Source: Flaccisagitta enflata
Lineage: Eukaryota
NCBI GenBank assembly: GCA_965153355.1
Contig: OZ231126.1
Coordinates: 13,206,001 to 13,270,000 of the forward strand
Direction: 5' to 3'
Length of the DNA: 64,000 bases
Under the pieces are notes generated by a model that saw nothing but the letters and a program-made list of their open reading frames with translations, had not been told where the DNA came from and made no database searches. This document shows, piece after piece, positions 43,447 to 56,180 of this stretch; the first letter of the stretch is position 1; each line of letters begins with the position of its first letter. The position numbers and the translations under genes are program-made.

Positions 43447-44349
43447 ATGAAAAACGATAACAATAAAAAACAACGACAACAACATCAAAAGATGGAGTCT
43501 TCTTCTTCGCGTTCGACATCAACGGCAAATTCCGGCGCCATTTCGGGCGTCACTTCCGGCCCCACTTCCGGTTCCGGTCTCCGGCGTCCGGCGCCTTCGC
43601 CGCTGCCGACTTTCGCCGCTCAAAAATCAGCCAAAATCGCCGCCGGAAATACATCAACGTCAACATCAACGTCGACGTCAACGACAACGTGCAAATCGAT
43701 GTCTTCAATTCGGAACAACAAATCAGCGTCGACATCCCCCGAGTCGAAATCGCGAAGGACTCCGCCGCCGACGAAAATGATGCCGACGCAGATGCCGACG
43801 CCGACGACGCCGCCGCCGACACAAATCGACGCCGTTTCGCCTCCGATGCCAGAGTCGCCGAGATCATCTCCTTCTCCTCCTCCTCTTCCGCCTTCATGCT
43901 CGTCTGGAAATTACTCGTCCAAGCCGACAACGACTGTTTCCTCTCTTTCTTCTTCTTCTTCTTCATCTTCTTCATCGATGACAAGTTCCACTCTTTCCTC
44001 GGCATCATCCTCATCATCCACAACTCCCCTCGCCGCTAAATCCTCACCTCTTTCCTCCACTTCCTTCGGTATTTCCGGTCACCCTAAAAGGCGTCTTTCA
44101 CACGCCACTGTCATGTCGGCGCCGATCGCGTCCCGACCGAGGACCATCTCGCCAACTAACTTTGGCGGCGCCACCCCTGGCGCCAACGGAGCCGGCTACC
44201 CCATCAACAAACAAACCAACAGATACAATAATAATCACAACAATATTCACGATAGTAAAAACAGTAACGACGTTGTAGGAAATAACGCGGTGAATCATAA
44301 CAACAATGTCAACGCCGCTGATATTGACAGTTACTGCGCGCAATATCAA
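43447..44349 (+). CDS. Large coding exon of a Ser/Thr/Pro-rich, probably disordered protein
   Basis: 301 open codons of varied-codon sequence, GC-rich relative to the flanks, ending ...DIDSYCAQYQ at donor CAA|GTATGC just before a (CT)n tract. Possible next exon 44489-44512 (VPRASSG*). Confidence 0.72.
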
Positions 44350-44365
44350 GTATGCACTCTCTGTC

Positions 44366-44474
<109 letters not shown>

Positions 44475-44699
44475 TGGCAATATGTTAGGTCCCTCGTGCG
44501 TCGTCTGGCTGAGGCAAAGGCGGTTTTCGACACGAAGACAATTATCGTCATTTGGTCACATAAGATAACAACAGAAAGAAAAAAAGGATGAAGAAAATGA
44601 AATGGAGGAACGAGGTAAAAGGTAGTGAGTTACTTTACCAGCAAAAACAACTATGATTCATTGATAACAAGGAAAAATCCACAAGCCACCTTCACCATC

Positions 44700-44768
44700 A
44701 CTGGCAACAACAGCAACAACACCAACAACACCAACACTAACACCAACATCAACACTAACATTACCAAT

Positions 44769-44848
<80 letters not shown>

Positions 44849-44864
44849 AATAAACAACAATATC

Positions 44865-44955
<91 letters not shown>

Positions 44956-45018
44956 TAAACGACCATATCAACATCAACAACAACAACAACAAAAACAACA
45001 ACAACAACCACAACATCC

Positions 45019-45112
<94 letters not shown>

Positions 45113-45113
45113 C
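44700..45113. repeat. (CAA)n microsatellite
   Basis: Read directly from the sequence. Confidence 0.95.
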
Positions 45114-45252
45114 CCTTCAACGATTTAATCATCATCGATTCTAACCACCAACTTCCGCATGAGGAAGCTTTTTGGTCTCAGGAGGCCACATAAGCTAATT
45201 TTTATGTCTTAAGGCCGTTTGTTCGGTCCTGCTGAGCTGCAACATGTCACGC

Positions 45253-45322
<70 letters not shown>

Positions 45323-45411
45323 CGATATGCTTTGCGTTGCCCTCCGCATCATAACCGTTCAACCCCCCACCAGTCTTTCACGGCTTCCAAAAACCCCCAG
45401 GGGGTTTCCAC

Positions 45412-45459
<48 letters not shown>

Positions 45460-45729
45460 GGCCTTGAGGGGCAGGAGGCAATGCTGCCGCAACGGAGGAT
45501 CGCGGCCACAGAGGCTGCTCTTTAGCCCTCAGGGGGGGCTTTTCCCAACCAAGACAGCAAAGAATTTTGATAGCCGTAATGAAGGGACAACTGGTTATGC
45601 ATATACTATGGACGGATTTTCAATGGGAACGACCAAAATGGGATATTCCACTGTGGGGTCGAATTTTTAGAAACTGAGACGCATCTCTATGTGTTGCCTT
45701 GCAAAACGTGGAGAAAACTTCCATAGGAT

Positions 45730-46013
45730 TACACAGACCACCAAATTCCACCCTGATGGGAAATAAGCCCCTAACGACACTTTATCCCGCTCAAGCCACC
45801 TACACAGACCACCAAATTCCACCCTGATGGGAAATAAGCCCCTAACGACACTTTATCCCGCTCAAGCCACCTACACAGACCACCAAATTCCACCCTGATG
45901 GGAAATAAGCCCCTAACGACACTTTATCCCGCTTAAGCCACCTACACAGACCACCAAATTCCACCCTGATGGGAAATAAGCCCCTAATGACACTTTATCC
46001 CGCTCAAGCCACC
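45730..46013. repeat. Four near-perfect 71-bp tandem units, absent from copy A
   Basis: Units start at 45730, 45801, 45872 and 45943. Copy A reads ggattataagagg at the site. Confidence 0.95.
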
Positions 46014-46384
46014 TATATTACAAGAGGACCATATGCTCACTTATACAAAAATCTGAAGTTTACTATAACTATCCACTAATCGATACAAGCTTGTAATAAC
46101 ATGTAAGAAGTAAGACCAGTCTCGGACACTGAATTACAATCAACGAAACCATCATCTCGTCTAGAAATAGAATGATCGAAATCAGGCCCCATTTTTTCCA
46201 TTTTCAACCCACAGTAAAGAATCTAAGATTTTTATGTCTTTTGTTTCTGATTCATGGCCAAAACATTTTGAAAGAAAATACCATCAAATTGGATTTCACG
46301 GTGAAGAGAGATGGGTGACAAAGTGTCATCGTCGTCGTCGTTGTCATCGTCGTCATCGTTGTCATCTTCATCACCATCGTCACG

Positions 46385-46472
<88 letters not shown>

Positions 46473-46493
46473 CATTGTTGCTGTTGTTGTTGC

Positions 46494-46591
<98 letters not shown>

Positions 46592-46604
46592 CCGTTTGTC
46601 GTTG

Positions 46605-46795
46605 TTAGTAGTCCTTGCGTCTTTCTTTGATGTTATCGCAGGTGAATTTCCCATCGGCTGTCCTCGTCAAACAATGACCCAATTTCTCGATGTGATGAAT
46701 TTCGGCCAAATCTTCCATTCGGGCTCCAATACCTGGACAATGAATCGAAGACACGAACGAATGAAGCTAACGTATTTTGGTCCCTTATTGCCATG

Positions 46796-46849
<54 letters not shown>

Positions 46850-46851
46850 GC

Positions 46852-46885
<34 letters not shown>

Positions 46886-47807
46886 GCAACAACAACAACA
46901 ACAACAACAACAACAACTAACCTTCGTGATCGTATTCTTCGTCTTCCGGCGCTGTGATTGGCGGTTCCGTCCACCAATGAAAACCCTCCGTTTTTTCACT
47001 CCCGATTTTAGCGCTTCCTTTTACTTCCTCACTTCCTCCGCCATTCGTGTATTTTGCTGCGCCATTCCTGACGTCGTTCCCGGCTTTCCCCGCGCCCATT
47101 TTGGCGTTGTTTCCGGTTTTGACGTTGGATTTGACGTTGGCGCCACCAGATTGGGCGTCACTTTTGACGCTGCCGTCGCTGTTAAGGTCGGTCTGGACGG
47201 CGCCGATCGACTGATTGGGTTTGGGTTCGATTCGACAACAATGATTGAGTTAATTTTTTTACGTTCGAGACTGACTGACTGATCAACTGAGTGTGTTGGG
47301 GCTGGACATCAATGTTAGAATTTATTCATGATGTGCTAGAGTTGGATATGTGCCCACCTTTTGCGATTGGTCTGACAAATGTAAGGTTTACACAAGTAAC
47401 AATAGTAACCATACACTACATGCATTCTAAGTGCCAACTGCCACACAAACTTTGAATACATGCATGAAAATTGAACGCTTTTTGCGATCGGTAAGACTAA
47501 CGTAATGTTTACACAAATAAGAACACTTGCATTCGAAATGCCAACTGCCAACCTCTTGCGATTTATAAGGCGAACGATGGGTTAAGACAAACGAACAATG
47601 TATGCCTGCAAAGCATAAACCTTTTACAATCGGTGTGGCAATATGTTGTAACATGCCAAGCACTAACCTTTTGCGACTTGTAAGGCGATGGTACCGCTTT
47701 GGGCAATTTGTCTGTGAGATTTCTTCCGTTTGGACGACCCAAATTGTCGAAAGTCAAAATCGGAAAAGCAGACTTCGGACCGATGATTGGGCACACTTGA
47801 CAAATGC
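46605..47807 (-). CDS. 3' coding exons, copy B: 47807-47668, (47301-47263 candidate), 47210-46922, 46732-46605
   Basis: Same frames as copy A with stronger GTTAGT donors, plus an in-frame 39-nt candidate exon PQHTQLISQSVSN. Confidence 0.72.
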
Positions 47808-48339
47808 CTACGAAGAAGAAGACAATGAGGGGGGTGGGCGGGGGGGGGGGGTGATTGGACACACTTGACAAATGCCTACGAAGAAGAAGACAATGAGGGG
47901 GGTGGGGGGATGATCGGAAACGCTTGACAAATGCCTATGAAGAAGAAGATATTGAGGGGGTGGGGGGATGATCGGTCACACTTGAACAATGCTTTCAATG
48001 AAAAAGAAAAAGACAATGAGGGGAGTGGGTGATAATAGGACACACTTGACAAATGTCCACGAAGAAGAAGACATTGAGGGGGGTGGGGGGGGGGTGATTG
48101 GACACACTTGACAAATGCCTATGAAGAAGAAGACATTGAGGGGGGTGGGGGGATAATCGGACACGCTTGACAAATGCCTATGAAGAAGAAGACATTGAGG
48201 GGGGTGGGGGGATGACTGCACACACTTGACAAATTCCTTCAATGAGAGGGGGGGGGTGAACAATAAGTAGGTGAGGAGGATTGTTGGAGGTGAGGGTCGG
48301 CGGAGGATTGGTGGAGATGAGGATCGGGGGTGGCCGGTG

Positions 48340-49059
48340 CTGAGGCGGATCAACAATGCGCGGGGCCCTAGGCTTGGCTAGGGCGCGGGGCCCCCCTTCC
48401 CCCCATCTGCCTCTTCCCTATCAGCCTGAGGCAGATCAACACAGTGCAAGGCTTAAGGATTGACTCAAAGGTGGACTTTCCATCTCTTTTTTAGATCCCC
48501 TGGTGTCTTATATATCATTTTCCTTTTTTTACAGTTACATTTGTCATACATCATTCAATGTTTCTGTTTGTTGATTTAAAGTTTTTAATTATTCTTTCAC
48601 TGACTAAATATGAAGCATAAAACAAATTACAACATTTACTTTTAATCAAACTGAAAAAAAATAAAAAAAGAAATTTTCTAGCTTTAAAAATTCAAAAATT
48701 ATTTTCAAAGCTAATAATGCCATTTATGCCATTTTTTTTCTCTTAAAAGTACAAGATATTTGTTAATGATCTTTAATATGTTTCTGTTTACCATCTCATG
48801 CAGATCACAATTCTTATTGATCTTTTTTTTGTTCTTTTATTCTTTTTTTCTTTTCATTTTTTTTTTCTTCTACTCTTGCTTCCTTCTTTTTTTCATTTGT
48901 CATTTTTCTTTATTCTTTTCTTTAGTTAGTGTCTTTTCTTTTTTTCTCTTTGTTTCTTTTTTTTTTTTTTCATTTTTTTTTTTTGGCAGGCGCGGGGCCC
49001 CCCTGAGGTGCGGGGCCCTAGGCTTAAGCCTATTAAGCCTATTGGGTGATCCGCCTCAG
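48340..49059. mobile_element. hAT-type MITE, copy B only
   Basis: 13-bp TIR CTGAGGCGGATCA; 8-bp TSD ggccggtg; empty site at 1889-1896. Confidence 0.95.
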
Positions 49060-49986
49060 GGCCGGTGGGTGGGTTAGAGTCGTGTGCACTCGTTCTGCGC
49101 GCGAAAAAGCGAAATCACCTGGTCACCTGCTTCGTTCATTCACACACATACCGCTCATTCCGCTCACTCGATCCACTGCGCTCCACTTTACTAAGCTTGC
49201 TTCGTTCGCTCATTCAGTTCATGGGTTCGCTCTCTCACTTCACTGTAATCTTGATAAACGGGAATGAAACTGTTGTCGTCACTAAAGACACGCCCCTTAT
49301 CTTGGGTACTGTTTTCGAATTCGGTGATGTCTTTTGTCTTACGGATTTTCTAAGCGGGTTTTTTATTTAGGGGTAGGGTTAGGGTTGGGGGTGGTTTTAG
49401 GGTTAGGGTTAGGGTTAGGGCTAGCGTTAGGGCTAGGTTGGCTGGGTTTTATACATTTCAACCCGAATATACTCGATTTAAAGCTTCGCCCAAGCGGGAA
49501 AACCCGAAAGAAACAAAAGATCTGTATCGTCTTAGAATTTTTTTCCTTATCTTGTCTTGCCTCTAAGGGTATGGTTTTTTTAATCAATATTGCTAGTGTC
49601 AGTACTTCCACCAGTTCATTAGTAATCTTTGATTGTTACCTTTGTAAGATATTTAGTGTATACTTTATGGTATAGTATTGCCCACCCTATGCTAACGAGG
49701 TATGCAGTCAAGCGGAAAGTTTTGTAAGGTAAGCTCTTTTATTGATTAGTAAAGGATAGTTGTGAGCAATCCGGAGTAAACACCATTGAAAGCTTGCAAG
49801 GCTTTCATCCTTTGTTAATTGGAGAATTCTGGCCTCCCTTTATAAGGGCAATGTTGTTTCAACTTTCATGAGTTCACTCGTATTGTGCCCCTGTATCCTA
49901 CATTGACTTCGATCATTCAACGAGCTCACTTTCACTTGTTAAGGTGCCCTCTCACATCTTAACTTCATCTCAAACAGCAAACTGAC

Positions 49987-52298
49987 CGATGTTTTTCCTT
50001 CGCATTTCCGTGGGTAGGAATCCAGGTTCCGGTTGCGTCCGATCTTTTTCTCTTTTTTCTTTCTTTAGCTTCATTTTTGCCAATTTCGTCTCTGCGAAGA
50101 TTTTTTCCAACTGAGGCTTCATCGTCGCCATCACCCAGTCGGGAACCGGACGCTGAGTAGGGAATCACGACCCAGGCATTCAAATTGTGGAAAAGCAGAA
50201 AGCGGCATTTCTCGGAAATGTTTAATATCCCTTTAATGTTCTCTATATAAAACACATATGCTTCTCGGAAGCTTGGAAGAATTTGAACCCCTGTCACGAC
50301 CTTTATGATTATTGACATTCTTGAAAGGAAGTCCTTGTACAATAAGACCAATTAGATATTTGAGTCTGGTTAACCATGGTTTTATTGTTTAACTTCCTGA
50401 AACATTGTACTAGCCTTCTTCTTATCGCCGCGGCAATGGCCGCAACACCCAAATCTGGAAGCACTACTGCAACATGATTCCCGCGAGTGAATACAGCAAC
50501 AGCGTACTTGTTGTGTAGACTCAACGCTACAGTGACAAAGACCACTCAGCTGAACCACCTACGGCCTCCTGATTGATACAATGTTGTCCGAACTGAGTGG
50601 GCAAGTGATTGATCAACACGATCATAAACGGAGTTTGTTTTTACATGAAAGAGTTGCTCTTGAATTTCGCGCGATTGTTTGCCTTCCTCCGTTTCATCAT
50701 CTTGATCCCGTGATTTGGATTGTTTCTTCTCTTTCTTTCTCCCAGTAGGTCTCTTTTCGGCGTTTTGACCTGATAGACGCGAAAAGAGGAGACACTAATT
50801 AAGCTACAGTGCACAGAAAAAGCTAATTTGTAAAATCATTCCGCGTGAAATTCTTAATCACTCTCTGAATGCAAAATTTTGCATTTCTAAGAACATGGCC
50901 CTTTTGTTATATGTTTTTAGAACAGGGCCATGTTTTTAGAAATGCAAATTTATGCATTCAGAGACAGATTAAGAATTTCACGTAAGACTAGTCGAGGAAT
51001 GGAGGCCAATTTTCTTTTTTTTCTCTCAATATTTCCAACTTTTTTTGAACACATAAATGATTCTCAATGCAAAAAAATAAATAATTTATACTGAAAATAT
51101 CATTTCTTTTTAAAAATTGTGAAATCTTCATTTTACTTTTTTTCTCGAACATGTTTTGACCGTGAAAATTGCCCCTTCCTGTGCACCTTGACTTAATATG
51201 GGGATTGTGGATGAAACGAAAAAGCAAGAGTAGAAACGAACGCATAATACCCAAGGAGGCACAAGCCTGAAATGCGCAGGCCTGTATATAGTTGCATATT
51301 TCCCCCCCCCCCCTCCCCCCCGGCAGGGGATTTGGAAATGGGGAAGAAAATCAAAGGGTAGAAAAACCGAAAACCAAAAATATAGAAGATATTACACTTG
51401 TGGCTAGGGATGTGGAAGCGGTCAATTTTAGTGCCGCTTCCACCGCTTCCGCTTCCGCTTCCGCTTCCATTTTGTAGTTCAAATACTAGTAGCTATCCCA
51501 TCCTCCAAAATGGAAGCGGTCAATCGCTTCCACATCCCTACTTGTAGCAGTACTAAAATGTAACATTAAGTCACCACAACACTATTTAATACTATTTAAA
51601 CCAAAATATTACTATATAGGGGGTATATGGGGAAGAAGAACAAATGTATTTTGACCCCGCGGGGAAGAAAATCAAAGGACCAGGGGGGGGGAAAGAAATC
51701 AAAGGTCGTGCAACTATATACACCCCTGGAAATGCGAAAAATAAAAGGGACGTTGAGCGGAATTGTGGACACGTGAAAGAGGCGCAATCGACTCAAAAAC
51801 AAAGAATTTTGAAAACCACTTTCTTGATTGGTCTTAAGATGTACAAAATTGACTCAAGGACGAACAATTCTGAACAATCTTTTTAGGTGCGACAAAGCAC
51901 CTCTATGACTGGCTGTGTCCGTCGGTCGGTTGGTTGGTTGGTCTGTTGGTCGGTCGGTCGGGTAACGCATTCGTTCGACGATCAACACGGCGCACCTTAT
52001 TGGCCTACTTGGCCTTATTTTTTGCGTGTAAAGTTGAATACGATTGATTCAAAGATAAACAATTTCACCTCTTTCTCGATGCGTCTAAGAATATTCTCAA
52101 TTGAGCTGCTCTTTCTTTATACGTATTAAGCTGTATACAATTGACTCAAGAATGAACAATTTCACCTCTTTCTCGATGCGTGTAAAGTTGGATTGAGTCC
52201 CAAAATCTTTTTGCTGCTTCTCTCTCTTCCGGTGATGAAGCCTCCGCGCTCAAAGGGTCGAAATCAACGTAATCCTGATGTGTAACCAAATTTGACAT
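49987..52298 (-). CDS. HOATZ-like gene exons 1-4, copy B: 52298-52166, 50769-50559, 50526-50508, 50152-49987
   Basis: Exon lengths 133, 211, 19 and 166 equal those in copy A; all GT-AG. The three B-specific insertions here fall in intron 1. Confidence 0.7.
50803..51192. mobile_element. TTAA-flanked non-autonomous element (Kolobok/piggyBac-type target), copy B only
   Basis: TTAA at 50799-50802 and 51193-51196; imperfect ends share GTGCACAG; internal inverted repeat of about 55 bp at 50845-50982. Confidence 0.75.
51277..51728. mobile_element. hAT-type MITE, copy B only
   Basis: TIR CAGG(CC/GG)TGTATATAGTTGCA; 8-bp TSD gaaatgcg; empty site at about 3732-3739. Confidence 0.93.
51405..51540. mobile_element. 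136-bp hAT-type MITE nested in 51277-51728
   Basis: Perfect 16-bp TIR TAGGGATGTGGAAGCG; TSD cttgt(g/a)gc; (CCGCTT)n subterminal repeats. Confidence 0.92.
51880..52023 (+). mobile_element. Short HINE, copy B only
   Basis: aggtgcg...gcacct hairpin, (GTCG/GTTG)n, cgcacct subTIR and ggcctacttggcc stem. The empty T-tract is at 3883-3894. Confidence 0.88.
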
Positions 52299-52997
52299 AA
52301 TATACGTGGGGAGGGTATGGGTTTGGGCATCGAATAGGCGAACCACTGAGAGTTCAGCGGCTGCATCACAGCCCTCGTCCCAGCTCAACGAAACGGACAC
52401 GAACGGAAACGATTCTATTACAAAATGACTTTGTCGAGTTTCTATTTATAGTGGGTTAAGAAAAAGCCAACTCACTTCTTTTTGACACCATGTCTTATAT
52501 CCCAGATCCATGATTTCCAAATCAGCCCCTCGCTGGAGAAAGTATTTCAGTTTTAGGGGAAACGCACTAAAGGAGAAAAGAATGAGTTCAATTTATTGAA
52601 GGTTTGCAGATAGAATTTCAGTGGAGTCGGCACATACGGCATTATGCAAATTAGGTTGGAACAGCGTAATTGCAAATGGATGAGTGCTAGTTTTCTTGCG
52701 ACCGCAAATGAAATCATAGATGGATATTCGGCCAGCCAATTGGACAATGGATATATTAAATGTTCATCTGCTAATAGCAGTGCTATGTCAGTCGGTCTGG
52801 CCATCAAGCCGTCCGTCTGTCTGTCGCCGTTTGCTTTTTTGGCGTTTGTGTGCAACTTTTGAATCACTGCCCCTACACACCCGCACGCGACTTCTAATCA
52901 GTCATGATTACAAGCGTAAACTGTTTCTTGGTAGGTTCCCAGGAGGGTGTCTCGGTCTTTTGTTCAATCTCTGTCTGTTTGTCTGTCTGTCTGTCTT

Positions 52998-53183
<186 letters not shown>

Positions 53184-54161
53184 CTCCCCACCCGTTTTCG
53201 CCTTTAACTTGGCTGGATCACAAATCTCCACTTTGGCTCTGAGGCAGAGAAAGCAAAGAAGGCAAAGATACACGAGTTTGCAAATTGGTCTATTTCAACG
53301 GAAGCTCTTCTTAGCCTTTCTCCCCTCGTTGTTGCGTGAGAAGGAGGGAAGGAGAGAGAGAGAGGCAGAGAAAGAGACAGAGAGAGAAAGAGAGACGAAC
53401 AAAGACAGAACGAGATATTGAAAAACAGACATAAGGAAAAAAATGTTTAAGACAGTCAGAGAGAGACAGAAACAGTAAAAAAGAAAAATATCAGAAACCC
53501 AGTTAGAAACCAGTTTGTGTGTCAACTCTCTAGTTTATAAACTTTGATTGACCATTTTGCACTGCTCAGTTATTTGGATTTTTCCTTCATAGTATAAGCA
53601 GATAAACTTAGCATTACCGCCCCTGCCGCTTATCATGGCAGTCCAATCTCAGTTGTCCCATTAAATATGCTGCCTAGTGCCTACTGGAGAATAAATAAAA
53701 TAAGTGAATCTTTCTTTATTGTAGACATAAAAAGGTTGGATACAGAGCAATCCAGTTGTGAACATTTGGACAAGAGCAGTAACATAAAAACCGCTTGCAT
53801 TTCAAAAATATTCGGATGGACCTAGGGACTCTTAGACTCATTGATGGATGGACCAATATGGCAAGGTGTAGAGTCACATGTCCATAACTTAGAAGTATCT
53901 AAAATAAAACACAATACAGCCTTCTTGATTTTTGCAACAAACCAGTGAAAAGCAAACCAAGTTTCTGTACCGAGAGCCAAATGTCGGAATGCAAAACAAG
54001 TTTTCCTATAAAGATCCTTACATAGTAACTTGAAGTAGTCACCTGCTGAATAGCAAACTATGTGTTTCTACCGAGATCTCTGCAGCATAAGTGGAGGCAG
54101 CCACCTACAGGCGAGCAGAGAAAGTGTTTTTAGGATCAAAGGCCATCCGACATTTGCGCCT

Positions 54162-54259
<98 letters not shown>

Positions 54260-54433
54260 ACCATTTGTGCCGAGTTTCGTGCGGCCTCAACATCCATTCA
54301 AGTTTTTATCTCAGCGGAAAAGACTTCCAGATAGCACCATTGGGACCATTGGCACAGTAATCCACCGTTGGGACAATTCTCACAGTGATCCACGCCTGTA
54401 GAATGATCCACCATTGGGAGCATAGGCACAGTA

Positions 54434-54940
54434 CATGTTGTATAGAAGAGTGTGTTTCTAAAATCGCTTAAGGTATAAGTAAGATTGACACCAAAAGCTT
54501 TAGATTTTTTTTTTCGTTGGATAAAACATAAAAAGAATTTACAAAAAGTAAAACCAGCATGCTTCAGAATTTGGTGCTTCATCAATAAAGTAACTACAAT
54601 GTCGCCAAAGAGTTTGAAAAGGTATTTCTCTCATGAACTCAGAGGGTCAGGAGACAACTTTTACTGAAGCGGTTTTTTCATAAAAATACCCTCATGGAAT
54701 CAATACCCCTGCAATCACGGTCAACTCGCATAGTATAGTGGCTCATTATCATATGATTTAAGATAGGTGAAAAAAATTGTGGTATCGTTGTCTTTTAAGG
54801 CGCCAAACTAATTTTTATCACTGGCGTTTGGTTGAGTTACTTGAGAAAATTTAAGTAGCTTTTAACATGCTAATAATTCACTTTTATTTAACATAAAACT
54901 AAAAAAAGTTTTTTAAAAAATCCGACCCGATTTTACCCTG
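54434..54940. mobile_element. 507-bp AT-rich insertion of unknown class, copy B only
   Basis: Absent at about 6765 in copy A; flanked by a 31-bp direct repeat (54403-54433, 54941-54971). Confidence 0.65.
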
Positions 54941-55192
54941 ATGAACCACCATTGGGAGCATAGGCACAGTAATCCATCGTTGGGACAATTCTCACAGTGA
55001 TCCACACCTGCAGAATGATCAGTTGGTACAATGAACCTTTATTGGATACCACTGCCACCTTTGTCTCAGTGATCAACCATCGGTACTATTACAAGGAAAT
55101 TCACTTTTGGAATAACCTGCAATTGTGGACACTTGACAACAATTACACTGTAAACCAAAACTCACATGGATATTATCATAGCCACCAAATCC

Positions 55193-56145
55193 GGGGCATC
55201 CTCTGAATCACGAAATTCGTGCTTAAGTTAATTTTTAGTCTCGTGCACGCGACTCTATGACCCACTCTGTCCGTCTGTCGGTCCGTCCGTCCGTCCGTCC
55301 GTCCGTCCGTCCGTCCGTCCGTCCGTCCGTCGGTCGGTCCCACTTAGCTTCGCTTAGCTTTTTTTTGTCATTTAACACCATTTTAAGTCATTTTAAGTCA
55401 TTTTGAGTTATTAAAAGTTAATTTAAGTCAATTTACATTTAGTCTCTTAGTCTTTTGGTCCTTTACTCTTTTGGTCTTATGGTCTTAACAACCGCACGCG
55501 ACTGTAAACGGTTGTCCTTGTTTTCCACTGAAGCACACCCTAGTGCTTCAGTGGAACTGAAAATAACTAATGTTTTTTGCTTTTCGAGCCTCAGTGGAAT
55601 TGGAAGTAACTTATTTTGTCACAGTAGAAAAGATAGTCAAAGTAATTTTTCTCAATGCTATTTGAAGGAATCATGAAATCCTCGCCTTACCATCTCTCTC
55701 TAAAGACTCTATCTTTCTTTCTTTTCATCTCTCCCTTTTTCTTCTTGAGAATTTTTATATTAAAAAGAAAACATTTTTTTTACATTTGCTTAATTTTCAT
55801 CATTTTGTAAAGAAAAAACCTATTATCCTTCAAAAAAACAAAAATTTGCCAGAGAAAAAAAATCTATTCACTTTTTTATGATAGAAAAAAAAAATAGAAT
55901 ATCAAAGTTATTCAAAGATGATTATTTAGAAAAAGAAAAGGAAATATTTGCAACCAATAAAAAAAAAACTTTGACTTTTTAATTCATTGCAGTGAAAAAG
56001 AGGCCAACTTCAGTATGAAAAAATGTCAAGAGTCAATCCACTGAGGCACGAATTTCAATTCCACTGAAGCACGAGGTCGTGCTTCAGTGGAATGGGCCTT
56101 GACTGGCCTCATTTCCAGCAGAGTTTGTGATTCAATGGATAGGCC
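55193..56145. mobile_element. GG-ended TIR element with 8-bp TSD (Merlin- or Mutator-like), copy B only; contains a HINE at 55232-55524
   Basis: TSD ccaaatcc; ends GGGGCATCCTCTGAATCACGAA vs GGCCTATCCATTGAATCACAAA; subterminal ccactgaagcac palindromes. Confidence 0.8.
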
Positions 56146-56180
56146 CCAAATCCTACTGATCTTTGCTCGGTGAACACCTT

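Noticed and set aside
45730-46013. Possible CRISPR array or hammerhead ribozyme
   Set aside because: The units are contiguous with no unique spacers and there are no cas genes. CTGATGG does not match the CUGANGA core and I could not build the helices.
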